From: an uncultured bacterium
Lineage (GTDB): Bacteria; Actinomycetota; Acidimicrobiia; Spongiisociales; ZC4RG35
Direction of reading: 5' to 3'
DNA length: 64,000 nucleotides
NCBI GenBank assembly: GCA_963825585.1
Contig: CAWGTX010000010.1
Location: forward strand, 298,554 to 362,553
The translations under genes and the position numbers were made by a program. A model generated the notes under the pieces. It ran no database searches. It was given only the letters and a program-made list of their open reading frames with translations, and was not told where the DNA came from. Positions within the stretch are counted from its first letter, which is position 1. The number at the start of each line of letters is the position of its first letter. Shown piece by piece: positions 1-9,209 of this stretch.

Positions 1-1223
1 TCACGCCGTCGTACACGAAGGCGAACCCCTCCGGTGACAGCGGCGACCCGGTGGATGCGATGACCCGTAGCTCGGACAGCCGGTGCGACGACACCGGCCG
101 GAGCCCGGACTTGAGCACGGCGTCGATGTATTTGGCAGACACACCCATGAGTGTGATGCCGGCGTCGTCGGCGAGGTCGAACAATGCCTCCGGACCGGGA
201 TGGAACGGGTTGCCGTCGAACAGCACGATCGCCGCTCCGCTGGCCATCGCCGACACCAGCCAGTTCCACATCATCCAGCCACAGGTGGTGAAGTAGAACA
301 CCCGGTCGCCAGGGTGGACATCCACGTGGTGCTGCTGTTCCTGCAGGTGCTTGAGCAGGACACCGCCGGCCCGGTGGACGATGCACTTGGGCCTACCGGT
401 GGTACCGGACGAGTACAGGATGTAGATGGGGTGATCGAACGGGAGACGGTCGTAGCGAGGCTCGGCCGTCTCGGCGATGAAGTCGTCCCAGCGGACCGCC
501 CCCTCCACCCGGGAGAGATCTGGATGTTCGGCGAGCACACTCACCACTACCACCGTCGAAACCGAAGGGAGTTCCGCCCTGATCTCGGCCAACTGATCGA
601 GACGGTCGAACGTCTTCCCGCCGTAGTGATATCCGTCGGCGGCCACGAGCACGGTGGGCTGCGTCTGGCCGAAGCGGTCGACAACGCCGGCGGTGCCGAA
701 GTCCGAAGATGTGGACGTGAACACCGCCCCGATGGACGCCGAACCCAGCATGGCGATCACTGTCTCGGGCACGTGCGGCATCCACGCTGCCACCCGATCC
801 CCCGGGCCGACCCCGGCGCGCTGTAGAGCAGCGGCGAAGGCCGCCGAGCGAGCACGGAGCTCCCCCCGGGTGATCGTCCGCGTCAGCCCGTCCTCTCGCC
901 GGTAGACGATGGCCGCCTCATCATCCGGTCGGCCACCCCCTTCGATGAGGTTCTCGGCGAAGTTCGAGCCGCGCCTCGGAAAAGAACCGAGCCGAGCGCA
1001 TGTCGGCACCGGGTTGGAACGCCACATCGCCCTTGTCACCGATGACGCCGGTCTCGTCCCACACCAACGACCAGAACGCCCCCGGGTCGGACACCGACCA
1101 ACGGTGCAGGGCATCGGTGTCGGGGATCTCGAGACCGGCGGCCGCCTCGGCCGCTCGACGGAACGACTCGATGTTGGATGCCGCGATGCGATCTGGCGAA
1201 GGTGTCCAGAGCGGGGTGTTCAT
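1..1223 (-). CDS. acetoacetyl-CoA synthetase (acetoacetate--CoA ligase), N-terminal ~400 codons; runs off the window start; apparent +1 frameshift near nt 965
   Basis: Minus-strand translation from ATG 1223..1221 gives MNTPLWTPSPDRIAASNIESFRR...ARFFSEARL. After a 1-nt shift it continues NFAENLIEGG...YILYSSGTTGRPKCIVH...GDRVFYFTTCGWMMWNWLVSAMASG, the canonical AACS/AMP-binding motifs. The ORF track misses it because the gene runs off the window without a stop. Confidence 0.8.
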
Positions 1224-1263
1224 AGCCGCAACGGTAGATCAGCGACGAGCGACGAACGACCTC

Positions 1264-1366
1264 CTGCACAATGTGCAAAACGTGAGTGAAACGACTGCCC
1301 TCTGCACAATGTGCAAAAGGTGAGCGAAACGACTGCCTTCTGCACATTGTGCAGAAGGTGAGCGAG
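1264..1366. promoter_or_regulatory. 2.7 tandem copies of a 38-bp unit, each carrying the palindrome TGCACA(A/T)TGTGCA; operator-like array upstream of the acetoacetyl-CoA synthetase gene
   Basis: Direct reading: CTGCACAATGTGCAAAACGTGAGTGAAACGACTGCC starts at 1264 and 1302; the third copy CTGCACATTGTGCAGAAGGTGAGCGAG starts at 1340. It lies in the 205-bp gap between the ACAD stop and the AACS start. Confidence 0.6.
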
Positions 1367-1428
1367 TGGCATCGCTGGGACCAGGGCCCGCGATTGGTGA
1401 CACAGGTCCGGTTCAGACGTCGATGGCT

Positions 1429-2577
1429 CTACACCCAGAATCCGTCCAGGCGGGCGAGGACCTGCAGCATGGTCTCGTCGGAGCCTCCACCGATCGAACC
1501 CAGGCGGTTGTCTCGGAGGAACCTCGCCGTCCAGGTCTCCTCCATGTAGCCGATGCCGCCGTGGAACTGGAGGCACCAGTCGGCCACTTCGCGGCCGAGT
1601 CGGCCCGACTTGAGCTTGGCGATGGTGGCGAAGCGGGTCGGGTCCTCGCCGCGCATGTGCGCCTCAGCCGTCGTGTAGTTGTAGTGCTTGAGGAGGTCGA
1701 CCTCGGCGGCCAGCTCGGCCAGGCGGTACTGGAGGTATTGGTTCTTCATCAGTGGTCGACCGAACGCCACCCGCTGCTTCAGGTAGTCGGCGGTCTTCTG
1801 GAGGGCGTACTCGTAGGCACCGACCGCCGAGTAGGCCGCCCACATCCGCTCCACCACGAACTGCGACATCTGCTGCTGGAAGCCGGTGCCCTCCATGCCG
1901 ATGGTGTTCTCGACCGGAACCCGCATGTCGGTGAACGACAGCAGCCCGGTGTCGGACGCTCGCATTCCCAGCTTGTCGAGCTTGCGCGACACCTCGAATC
2001 CCGGCGCGTCGGTGGGCACGATGATCTGGCTCATCCCGGCGTACCCACCCTCGTCGGATGTGCGGGCGAGAAGACACAGCCAGTCCGCCTGCAACGAGTT
2101 CGTGATGTACATCTTCGAGCCGTTGATGACCCACTCGTCCCCGTCACGAACGGCACGGGTGCGGATCGAGGCGACGTCGGAGCCGGCATCGGGTTCGGTC
2201 ACCGCAACGGCACACACCATGTCTCCGGCGATGGCAGGAGCTAGGTACTTCTCCTTCAACGCACGGGAACCGAAGCGATGGAGCGACGGCGTGGCCATGT
2301 CGGCCTGCACTCCGACCGCCATCCCGATCGAGCCGTGATCGGCCCTCCCGAACTCTTCGGCGAGGATGACGGTGAAGAGATGATCGGCGCCTTGTCCACC
2401 GTAGGCGGGGTCGTACTCGAGCCCGAGGAATCCGAGATCGCCCATCTGCTTGAAGACGTCATGGAGAGGCATCATCCCCTCGGCCTCCCAGGTCTCGACC
2501 CGGGGATTGATCTGCTGCTCGATGAACTCCCGGACGAGCCGGCGGAAGGCATGGTGCTCGGAGGTGAAGGTGGGCAT
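1429..2577 (-). CDS. acyl-CoA dehydrogenase
   Basis: 382-aa ORF with the ACAD fold signature (…GSDVASIRTRAVRDGDEWVINGSKMYITN…, C-terminal …QFHGGIGYMEE…). Confidence 0.9.
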   Translation of the reverse strand: MPTFTSEHHAFRRLVREFIEQQINPRVETWEAEGMMPLHDVFKQMGDLGFLGLEYDPAYGGQGADHLFTVILAEEFGRADHGSIGMAVGVQADMATPSLHRFGSRALKEKYLAPAIAGDMVCAVAVTEPDAGSDVASIRTRAVRDGDEWVINGSKMYITNSLQADWLCLLARTSDEGGYAGMSQIIVPTDAPGFEVSRKLDKLGMRASDTGLLSFTDMRVPVENTIGMEGTGFQQQMSQFVVERMWAAYSAVGAYEYALQKTADYLKQRVAFGRPLMKNQYLQYRLAELAAEVDLLKHYNYTTAEAHMRGEDPTRFATIAKLKSGRLGREVADWCLQFHGGIGYMEETWTARFLRDNRLGSIGGGSDETMLQVLARLDGFWV

Positions 2578-2623
2578 GCGCCGATCCTACCGAGCGATCG
2601 CTCGGTCGGCTGCTCAGTGTCCT

Positions 2624-4165
2624 TCAGTCTGCGTCGATGACCGCCATCACTGAGAACACGCGACGCGCCATGAGTGGTCCGGTGACCCGGAACGACAACA
2701 CGTACACCACGGCGGAGAACACCACCGAGAGGATCGCGGCAGCGAGGGCCCACCCGGGGCCCCCGAACCAGGCGGCGGACCCCACGGCACCGATCATCGG
2801 AAGCATGAGGATCCCGGCCACCAGCAGCCCCACCATCGAGGCGACGAACGCCGAACCCGACACCCCTCTGGTCCCGAACGGGTTCGATTCGGGTATCTGG
2901 ATCGGACCGAGAATCGACGTGATGTTGCCGACCGCCGACCACACGACGATCACGGCGACGGCGGACACGATGGCTGCCGGGACGTGGAGCCAGTCCCCGG
3001 CGATCGACGCGCCGACGACAGCCGCAAGCGCACACACCGGCGCACCAAACACCAGCGCGGCCAGGTTCTTGCCGCGGAGCACCGTGACCAGGTCCGGAGC
3101 GATCGTCAGGTACGCCCAGAACGAGCCACCGTCGTACCCGAACTGGTTGACCACCAACGCGATCACCACGAAGAACGCCATCGGCGCCGCCAGGAAGGGG
3201 CCGAACTCGGTCTGCAAGGCCGGGAAACCCACCGCCGCGATCACGACGATGCCGATCAGCGATCCCACCATCTGTCCGCGCAGCCGCGAGTCCCGACGCA
3301 GATAGATCAGTTCCTTGGCAGCCACGGCTCCAACGGCGCCGGCCGGGAGCCGAAGCCGGTTCGGCCGGAGCGAACTCCCGGCGCGTACCGAGCGCCCCAC
3401 CCCGCCCGTACCGACCGTGACCTGAAGCCGATCGATTGCCCTGCCGTACGCCCATGTCGCACCCACCAGCGACACGACGCCGTATCCGACGAGCATGAGT
3501 GCCTGCAGCCACTCGCGGTCGGCGAACGAAACCACCGCCCCACCCAGGGCACCGCTGGGGAGCCAGATCACCGCCGAAGCCAACCGCTCGATCGTCGTCT
3601 GCAGGCGCAACCCGCCAACGTTCACCAGGACAGACAGAACTCCCGGCAGCGCCATGGTGAGACCAACTACGAGCGCTGCTATCTCGCGTGTGCGCCGCGA
3701 CCGGAGAAGGTCGGACAGCAGCGTGATGAGCCATCGCGCCGTGACCACTGACAACACCACCGCCAACAGTGCCGTGACGGCGATGGGGGCGATACTCACG
3801 ATGTCGGCGTATCCACCGATCGAGCCGCCCACGAGGCCGATGGTCGTGGCGACCCCACCCGGGCCCAGGACCCCGGCGGCCGCCAGGCCAACGCCGAGCC
3901 GGGTACGCCCGATCGGGAGCGACTCGAACTTGCGCGGGTCGAGGGAGTCCTCGATCGAGGCAGCCACCACCGGCCCGACCACCCATCCGATCGACGTGAC
4001 CGCCAGCACCAGGACGGCCAGCTCATCCCTGATGGCGGGGAGAAGCCGCGCCCCTGCCGACATGAGAACGGCCGCCACCACCCCAGCGCCGATGGTGGCC
4101 ACCCACACGAGCACGAAACCGACGAGCGCCAGAACCGAAGAACTGCCCAGGCGGTTCTTCAACAT
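2624..4165 (-). CDS. ABC-2 type transporter permease (large polytopic membrane protein); start uncertain (ATG 4165 or an upstream GTG)
   Basis: Highly hydrophobic ~510-aa product lying immediately downstream of an ABC ATPase on the same strand. The annotated M at 4336 overlaps the ATPase in another frame. The ATG MLKNRL start lies 8 nt after the ATPase stop. Confidence 0.7.
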   Translation of the reverse strand: MLKNRLGSSSVLALVGFVLVWVATIGAGVVAAVLMSAGARLLPAIRDELAVLVLAVTSIGWVVGPVVAASIEDSLDPRKFESLPIGRTRLGVGLAAAGVLGPGGVATTIGLVGGSIGGYADIVSIAPIAVTALLAVVLSVVTARWLITLLSDLLRSRRTREIAALVVGLTMALPGVLSVLVNVGGLRLQTTIERLASAVIWLPSGALGGAVVSFADREWLQALMLVGYGVVSLVGATWAYGRAIDRLQVTVGTGGVGRSVRAGSSLRPNRLRLPAGAVGAVAAKELIYLRRDSRLRGQMVGSLIGIVVIAAVGFPALQTEFGPFLAAPMAFFVVIALVVNQFGYDGGSFWAYLTIAPDLVTVLRGKNLAALVFGAPVCALAAVVGASIAGDWLHVPAAIVSAVAVIVVWSAVGNITSILGPIQIPESNPFGTRGVSGSAFVASMVGLLVAGILMLPMIGAVGSAAWFGGPGWALAAAILSVVFSAVVYVLSFRVTGPLMARRVFSVMAVIDAD

Positions 4166-4173
4166 CCGGAGTT

Positions 4174-4938
4174 TCAGTCGGACGAAGACCCCAACCACAG
4201 AAGATCTCCCTCGTCGGTCAGCCGTGCTCCAACCAGTTCCACGAACACGTCCTGCAGCCTCCGGCCGCCGGTGATCTCTGCGGTCGGTCCGCTGAGACGC
4301 ACCCTGCCGTGGTCGATCAGCATGATGTGGTCGCACAGCCGCTCGACCACGTCCATGGCGTGGTCGCTGAACACCACCGTGCCACCGCTCTCGGTATGGC
4401 GCCGGAGTATCCGCTCGAGGGTTTGTCGCGCCACCGGGTCTACTCCGGCGAACGGCTCGTCGAGGAACACCACCTTGGGGTCGTGCAGCAGCGCCACTGC
4501 GATCCCGATCTTCTTGGTCATGCCCAGCGAGTAGTCGGCGACCATCGTCGCGCCGGCTTCCTCCAGGTCGAGCAGACGCAACAGTGAGTCCCTTCGCGAG
4601 GCCACCGTCTCGCGGTCCATGCCTCGCAGTTCTCCGGTGAACTCAATGAGCTCACGACCGGTGAGCCGGTCGAACAGCTTCGGGTTGTCGGGCACCACCC
4701 CGAAGCGGTGCTTCGCCGCTGCGGGGTCGGACCAGACATCGTAACCGGCCACCGACACACGTCCTCGGTCCGGACGGAGCAGACCGGTGGTCATCCGCAG
4801 CAGCGTTGTCTTGCCCGCCCCGTTGGGACCGACGATCCCGAAAAAGGACCCGGCGCCGATGTCGAGGCTCACATCGTCGACGGCAACGGTCGAACCGAAG
4901 TGCTTGCCCAACCCTTCCCACGCCACTGCGACCGCCAT
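4174..4938 (-). CDS. ABC transporter ATP-binding protein
   Basis: Walker [10 protein letters not shown], signature YSLGMTKK, Walker B VVFLDEP; 254 aa. Confidence 0.9.
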   Translation of the reverse strand: MAVAVAWEGLGKHFGSTVAVDDVSLDIGAGSFFGIVGPNGAGKTTLLRMTTGLLRPDRGRVSVAGYDVWSDPAAAKHRFGVVPDNPKLFDRLTGRELIEFTGELRGMDRETVASRRDSLLRLLDLEEAGATMVADYSLGMTKKIGIAVALLHDPKVVFLDEPFAGVDPVARQTLERILRRHTESGGTVVFSDHAMDVVERLCDHIMLIDHGRVRLSGPTAEITGGRRLQDVFVELVGARLTDEGDLLWLGSSSD

Positions 4939-5053
4939 GCCTGGGACGGTAATCGGGGCGAGCAGGCAGGGCGACGGCTCATGTGCCGACCCCGGGCCCG
5001 CTCTCGTCTCGCCTCTCGCTGCCGGCCGTTCGAAGGGGCGCTAGCCTGAGAGG

Positions 5054-6472
5054 GTGAGCGACGACTCGTCCAAACCACGGGAAGCCTGCGGGGTGTTCGG
5101 GATCTACGCTCCCGGCACCCAGGTCTCGACCACCGTCTACTTCGGACTCTTCGCCCTCCAGCACCGGGGCCAGGAGTCGGCCGGGATCGCCACCTCCGAC
5201 GGTCAGACCGTCACCGTCTTCAAGGACAACGGGCTCGTGGCCCAGGTGTTCTCAGAACCCGACTTGGCGTCGCTGGAGGGCCACATCGGGGTGGGCCACG
5301 TCCGCTACTCCACCACCGGTTCGAACAGTTGGGCCAACGCCCAGCCGGTACATCGCCAGATCGGGCACACCTCGCTGGCGCTGGGACACAACGGCAACCT
5401 CACCAACACCGCCCAGCTGGCCCGGACCATGGGCGTGACCCACGCCACCACCGACTCGGACCTGATGCTCGAGGCGATCGCTCGTCATGTCGACGATGAA
5501 CGCTCCGACGGACGTGGGCTGGAGTTGGCGCTGCACAAGGTCCTCCCCACGTTCGAAGGCGCCTACTCACTGGTGATCATGGATCAGGGGCGGCTGGTTG
5601 GTGTGCGTGATCCCCACGGGTTCCGCCCGTTGTCGCTCGGACGCATCGGTGACGCCTGGGTGTTGAGCTCGGAGACCGCTGCTTTCGACCTGGTGGGCGC
5701 CACCTTCGTCCGCGACATCGAACCCGGGGAGATGGTGATCGTCGACTCGGGCGGACTCCGGAGCTTCCACCCGTATCAAACGGTTGCCTCGAAGCTGTGC
5801 GTGTTCGAGTTCGTGTATTTCGCCCGACCCGACAGCCGACTGTTCGGCGAGACCGTGTTCTCCGCTCGCCAGGAGATGGGCCGCACCCTCGCCCTGGAGC
5901 ATCCAGCCGCAGCCGACGTGATCGTTCCCGTGCCCGAATCGGGCATCCCCGCCGCCCAGGGATTCAGCGAATTCTCACACATCCCCTACGCCGACGGCCT
6001 GGTCAAGAACCGCTACGTCGGTCGCACGTTCATCGAACCCACCCAGATGCTCCGTGACCGTGGGATCCGTCTCAAGTTGAACCCGATACCGTCGACGTTC
6101 GCCGGCAGACGTGTGGTGCTGGTGGACGACTCCATCGTGCGCGGGTCCACCACCCGTCAGTTGGTGCAGATGATCCGCGACGCCGGTGCCGCCGAGATCC
6201 ACCTGCGGATCAGCTCGCCGCCGTACCGCTGGCCGTGCTTCTACGGGATGGACACCTCGGATCAGACGAAACTCCTGGCGGCGTCGATGAGCGTGGACGG
6301 GATTCGGGAATTCCTCGAGGTCGACTCGCTCGGCTACCTTTCCCTACCCGGCCTCATCGCCGCCACCGGCGTGGAGCAGGGCGGCTTCTGCACGGCCTGC
6401 CTGTCCGGCGACTATCCGACCGACGTGTCGGAGGCAGGTGGAAAGTTCGTGCTCGAGCCCTCCGTCGGATGA
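5054..6472 (+). CDS. purF: amidophosphoribosyltransferase
   Basis: N-terminal …EACGVFGIY (Ntn Cys), a PRTase domain and Fe-S Cys ligands near the C-terminus; 472 aa; GTG start preceded by GAGAGG. Confidence 0.93.
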   Translation: MSDDSSKPREACGVFGIYAPGTQVSTTVYFGLFALQHRGQESAGIATSDGQTVTVFKDNGLVAQVFSEPDLASLEGHIGVGHVRYSTTGSNSWANAQPVHRQIGHTSLALGHNGNLTNTAQLARTMGVTHATTDSDLMLEAIARHVDDERSDGRGLELALHKVLPTFEGAYSLVIMDQGRLVGVRDPHGFRPLSLGRIGDAWVLSSETAAFDLVGATFVRDIEPGEMVIVDSGGLRSFHPYQTVASKLCVFEFVYFARPDSRLFGETVFSARQEMGRTLALEHPAAADVIVPVPESGIPAAQGFSEFSHIPYADGLVKNRYVGRTFIEPTQMLRDRGIRLKLNPIPSTFAGRRVVLVDDSIVRGSTTRQLVQMIRDAGAAEIHLRISSPPYRWPCFYGMDTSDQTKLLAASMSVDGIREFLEVDSLGYLSLPGLIAATGVEQGGFCTACLSGDYPTDVSEAGGKFVLEPSVG

Positions 6473-7500
6473 CCTCTCCAACCGAGCCTGGGCTCACCTA
6501 CGCCGACGCCGGGGTCGACCTGGAGGGAGCCGACCGACACGTCGAACGGATCGCGCCCCTCGTCACGGCCACCTGGGGGCCGAACGTGGTGGGAGGCTTC
6601 GGGGGCTTCGCCGCCGGGGTCGAACTACCGGAGGGGTATCGGCGCCCGGTGCTGATGATGTCCACCGATGGGGTGGGCACCAAGCTGGAACTGGTGCGAC
6701 GAACCGGCCGGTGGGAGGGAGTTGGATTCGACCTGGTGGCCATGTGTGTCGACGACCTTGCGGTGGTCGGAGCCCGACCGATCGGGTTCGTGGATTACAT
6801 GGCGGTGGGGATGCTCGACGGGGCCCGTGATGCTGCCATCGTCGGCTCCATCGCCCGCGCCTGCGCCGCGGTTGGGGCCGCCCTGGTTGGTGGGGAGACC
6901 GCTGAGCATCCGGGTGTGATGGAAGCCGATGCCGTCGATCTGGCCGGTGCCGCCCTCGGTGTGGTGGAGCGAGGATCGGAGATCACGGGGGTCGCCATCG
7001 AGCCGGGCGACACCGTCGTCGGGGTCCGGTCGCCCAACCTCCGCTCCAACGGGTTCTCATTGGTGCGACGGGTCTTCGACGGAGTCGACCTCGATGGAGA
7101 CGTCGGTGACGGCCGCACCGTGGGCGAAGCCCTCACCGAGCCCAGCGTGCTGTACGCCCCGATGGCGGTGGAACTGGCCGCCACCGGGTGCATCCACGGG
7201 ATGGCTCACATCACGGGCGGCGGCATCCCCGGCAACCTGGTGCGCCCCCTACCCGACGGCTGTGCCGCCGTGGTGAACCGGGGGTCGTGGGAGATCCCGT
7301 TCGTGTTCACAGAGATCCAGCGGCGTGGCCAGATCAGCGACGAGGCCATGGCCGAGACGTTCAACATGGGCATCGGCTTCTGCGTGATCGTGGAGGAGGC
7401 CGATGCCGAGACCGCGATCGAAGCAGCAACCCGCCACGGCCATCAGGCCGGGGTGATAGGAAGGATCGAAGAGGGCGAACGACGAGTGGTGATGGGCTGA
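6469..7500 (+). CDS. purM: phosphoribosylformylglycinamidine cyclo-ligase (AIR synthetase)
   Basis: MTSPTEPGLTYADAGVDLEGADRHVERI… is the classic PurM start. ATG 6469 overlaps the purF stop as ATGA. The track ORF beginning at 6235 is an in-frame upstream extension. Confidence 0.93.
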   Translation: MTSPTEPGLTYADAGVDLEGADRHVERIAPLVTATWGPNVVGGFGGFAAGVELPEGYRRPVLMMSTDGVGTKLELVRRTGRWEGVGFDLVAMCVDDLAVVGARPIGFVDYMAVGMLDGARDAAIVGSIARACAAVGAALVGGETAEHPGVMEADAVDLAGAALGVVERGSEITGVAIEPGDTVVGVRSPNLRSNGFSLVRRVFDGVDLDGDVGDGRTVGEALTEPSVLYAPMAVELAATGCIHGMAHITGGGIPGNLVRPLPDGCAAVVNRGSWEIPFVFTEIQRRGQISDEAMAETFNMGIGFCVIVEEADAETAIEAATRHGHQAGVIGRIEEGERRVVMG

Positions 7501-7597
7501 GCGACGAGCGACGAGCGGAGCGACGAGCGACGAGCGACGAGCGACGAGCGACGAGCGACGAGCGACGAGCGACGAGCGACGAGCGACGAGCGACGAG
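7501..7597. repeat. heptanucleotide microsatellite (GCGACGA) x ~14, starting on the base after the purM stop
   Basis: Direct reading of 7501-7597; shorter runs of the same heptamer occur at 1241-1259 and, as the reverse complement, at 39041-39066. Confidence 0.9.
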
Positions 7598-7705
7598 CAT
7601 GATTGGCTGCTGGCTCGACAGCTCCGACGTCCGACGCAACACGCAACACGCCGGAACGCGCTCTGGCTGGCTGCTGGTAGCTGGTAGCTGGCAGCTGGCT
7701 GCGCC
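7598..7705. repeat. dispersed intergenic element: 32-nt core ACGTCCGACGCAACACGCAACACGCCGGAACG (7627-7658) flanked by CTGGCTG-type heptamer runs (7661-7700)
   Basis: An identical 32-nt core occurs in inverted orientation at 38964-38995, again next to (CAGCCAG)4 and (TCGTCGC) repeats. Confidence 0.8.
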
Positions 7706-7842
7706 TTCCGCCACCCTGGCCCGTCGGTTACGCTCATGCTCGTGACGATCAGGATTCCCCGCACCGAGCGGAGCCACCTCTTCGCGGCTCCGTAACCAGG
7801 TCCTTCTCCGGCCGCGCCCTCTCACGACCGAAAAGGACCTTC

Positions 7843-9162
7843 ATGACCGATCTGATCTCCCGCCACTCCAATGTCATCGCCCCTGTCATCGCCTTCGACA
7901 CCGACCTGGTGATCGAGAAGGCCCAGGGACTCTGGGTCCACGACGCCGAGGGCAACAAGTGGGCTGACTTCGCCTGTGGCACTGCCGTCACCAATCTCGG
8001 TCACAACCACCCGGCCGTTGTGGCCGCCGCCCATGCTCAGCTCGACAGGGTGATGCACTCTGGTTGCATCTTCCGCTACGACACCGTCGTGGAAGCCGCC
8101 GAGCGGCTGCGTGCCATCACCCCGCCCACCATCGAGAAGTTCGGCTTCGCAAACTCGGGTGCCGAGGCAGTGGAGGCGGCCATCAAACTCGCCAAGAAGA
8201 CCACCGGACGACAGGGCGTGATCGCTTTCCGGGGCGCCTTCCACGGTCGAACCATGGGGTCGGTCAGCTACACCACCTCGAACGCCAAGTACCGCGACGG
8301 GTACCACCCGATCCTCGGATCGGTGTTCATCGCCCCGTTCCCGCACTCCTACCGGTGGGGCGTGACCGAGGACGAGGCGAGCTTCCGGGCTCTCGATGAG
8401 CTGTGTCTGATGCTCAAGCACGAGGTGAGCCCTCACAACATCGCCGCCATCCTGGTGGAGCCGGTGCAGGGCGAAGGCGGGTACTACCCGGCCCCGGTGA
8501 AGTTCCTCCAGGCATTGAGGCAACTGGCGGACGACAACGGGATCATGTTGGTCTTCGACGAGGTCCAAACGGGGTTTGGTCGCACCGGCGAGTGGTTCGG
8601 GTCGGATCACTATCCGGTGGATCCCGACATCATCGCCGTCGGGAAGGGCATCGCCAACGGTCTTCCGCTGTCGGCGTGGGGCGCTTCGGCCGAGATCATC
8701 GACAACTTCCCGATCGGCAGCCACGGCACCACCTTCGGTGGCAACCCCGTGAGCTGCGCCGCTGCGGTCGCGGTCATGGACACGATGGGCGACCTCCTGC
8801 CCCACGCCCGCTCGATCTCGGCACATGCCTTCGAGCGGCTTGCCGGGTTGAAAGAGCGTCACGTCACCATCGGCGACGTACGAGGGACCGGTCTGATGAT
8901 CGGCATCGAGCTGGTGTCGGATCGTGACACCCGAACCCCCGACAAGGCGGCGTTCCAGTTCCTGCACCGGTACTGCATCGAACGGGGGGCGATCATCATC
9001 GAGTGCGGCCCCGACGGCAACGTCATTCGTTTCATCCCACCGCTGGTGACCACGATCGACGAGATCGACTGGGCCATCGACCTGATGGACGCCGCCCTCA
9101 CCGCCTACGAAGCCGGCGAGGGCCACGACCAGCCGCTGGTCGAGTCGTTCGTGGACGGTTGA
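7843..9162 (+). CDS. class-III PLP-dependent aminotransferase (4-aminobutyrate/omega-aminotransferase family)
   Basis: 439 aa; …LVFDEVQTGFGRTGEWFG… and …GTTFGGNP… are typical of the AT-III family. Confidence 0.88.
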   Translation: MTDLISRHSNVIAPVIAFDTDLVIEKAQGLWVHDAEGNKWADFACGTAVTNLGHNHPAVVAAAHAQLDRVMHSGCIFRYDTVVEAAERLRAITPPTIEKFGFANSGAEAVEAAIKLAKKTTGRQGVIAFRGAFHGRTMGSVSYTTSNAKYRDGYHPILGSVFIAPFPHSYRWGVTEDEASFRALDELCLMLKHEVSPHNIAAILVEPVQGEGGYYPAPVKFLQALRQLADDNGIMLVFDEVQTGFGRTGEWFGSDHYPVDPDIIAVGKGIANGLPLSAWGASAEIIDNFPIGSHGTTFGGNPVSCAAAVAVMDTMGDLLPHARSISAHAFERLAGLKERHVTIGDVRGTGLMIGIELVSDRDTRTPDKAAFQFLHRYCIERGAIIIECGPDGNVIRFIPPLVTTIDEIDWAIDLMDAALTAYEAGEGHDQPLVESFVDG

Positions 9163-9209
9163 GTACCGGACGGTTGGAACCCATCATCGGTGGGGAACGT
9201 CCAAGCGGC

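Noticed and set aside
83-826. 247-aa plus-strand ORF at the window start
   Set aside because: It is antisense to the clearly recognisable acetoacetyl-CoA synthetase reading on the minus strand.
7188-7825. ORFs across the GCGACGA / CTGGCTG repeat region (e.g. 7361..7825-, 7188..7745+)
   Set aside because: The products are pure repeat translations (SSLVARR.. / DERRATS..). The region is better explained as non-coding simple-sequence DNA.
9003-9209. N-terminal 69-aa extension of the lipoprotein ORF
   Set aside because: It overlaps the 3' end of the aminotransferase gene and is Arg-rich. The internal Met followed by a lipobox signal peptide is the plausible start.
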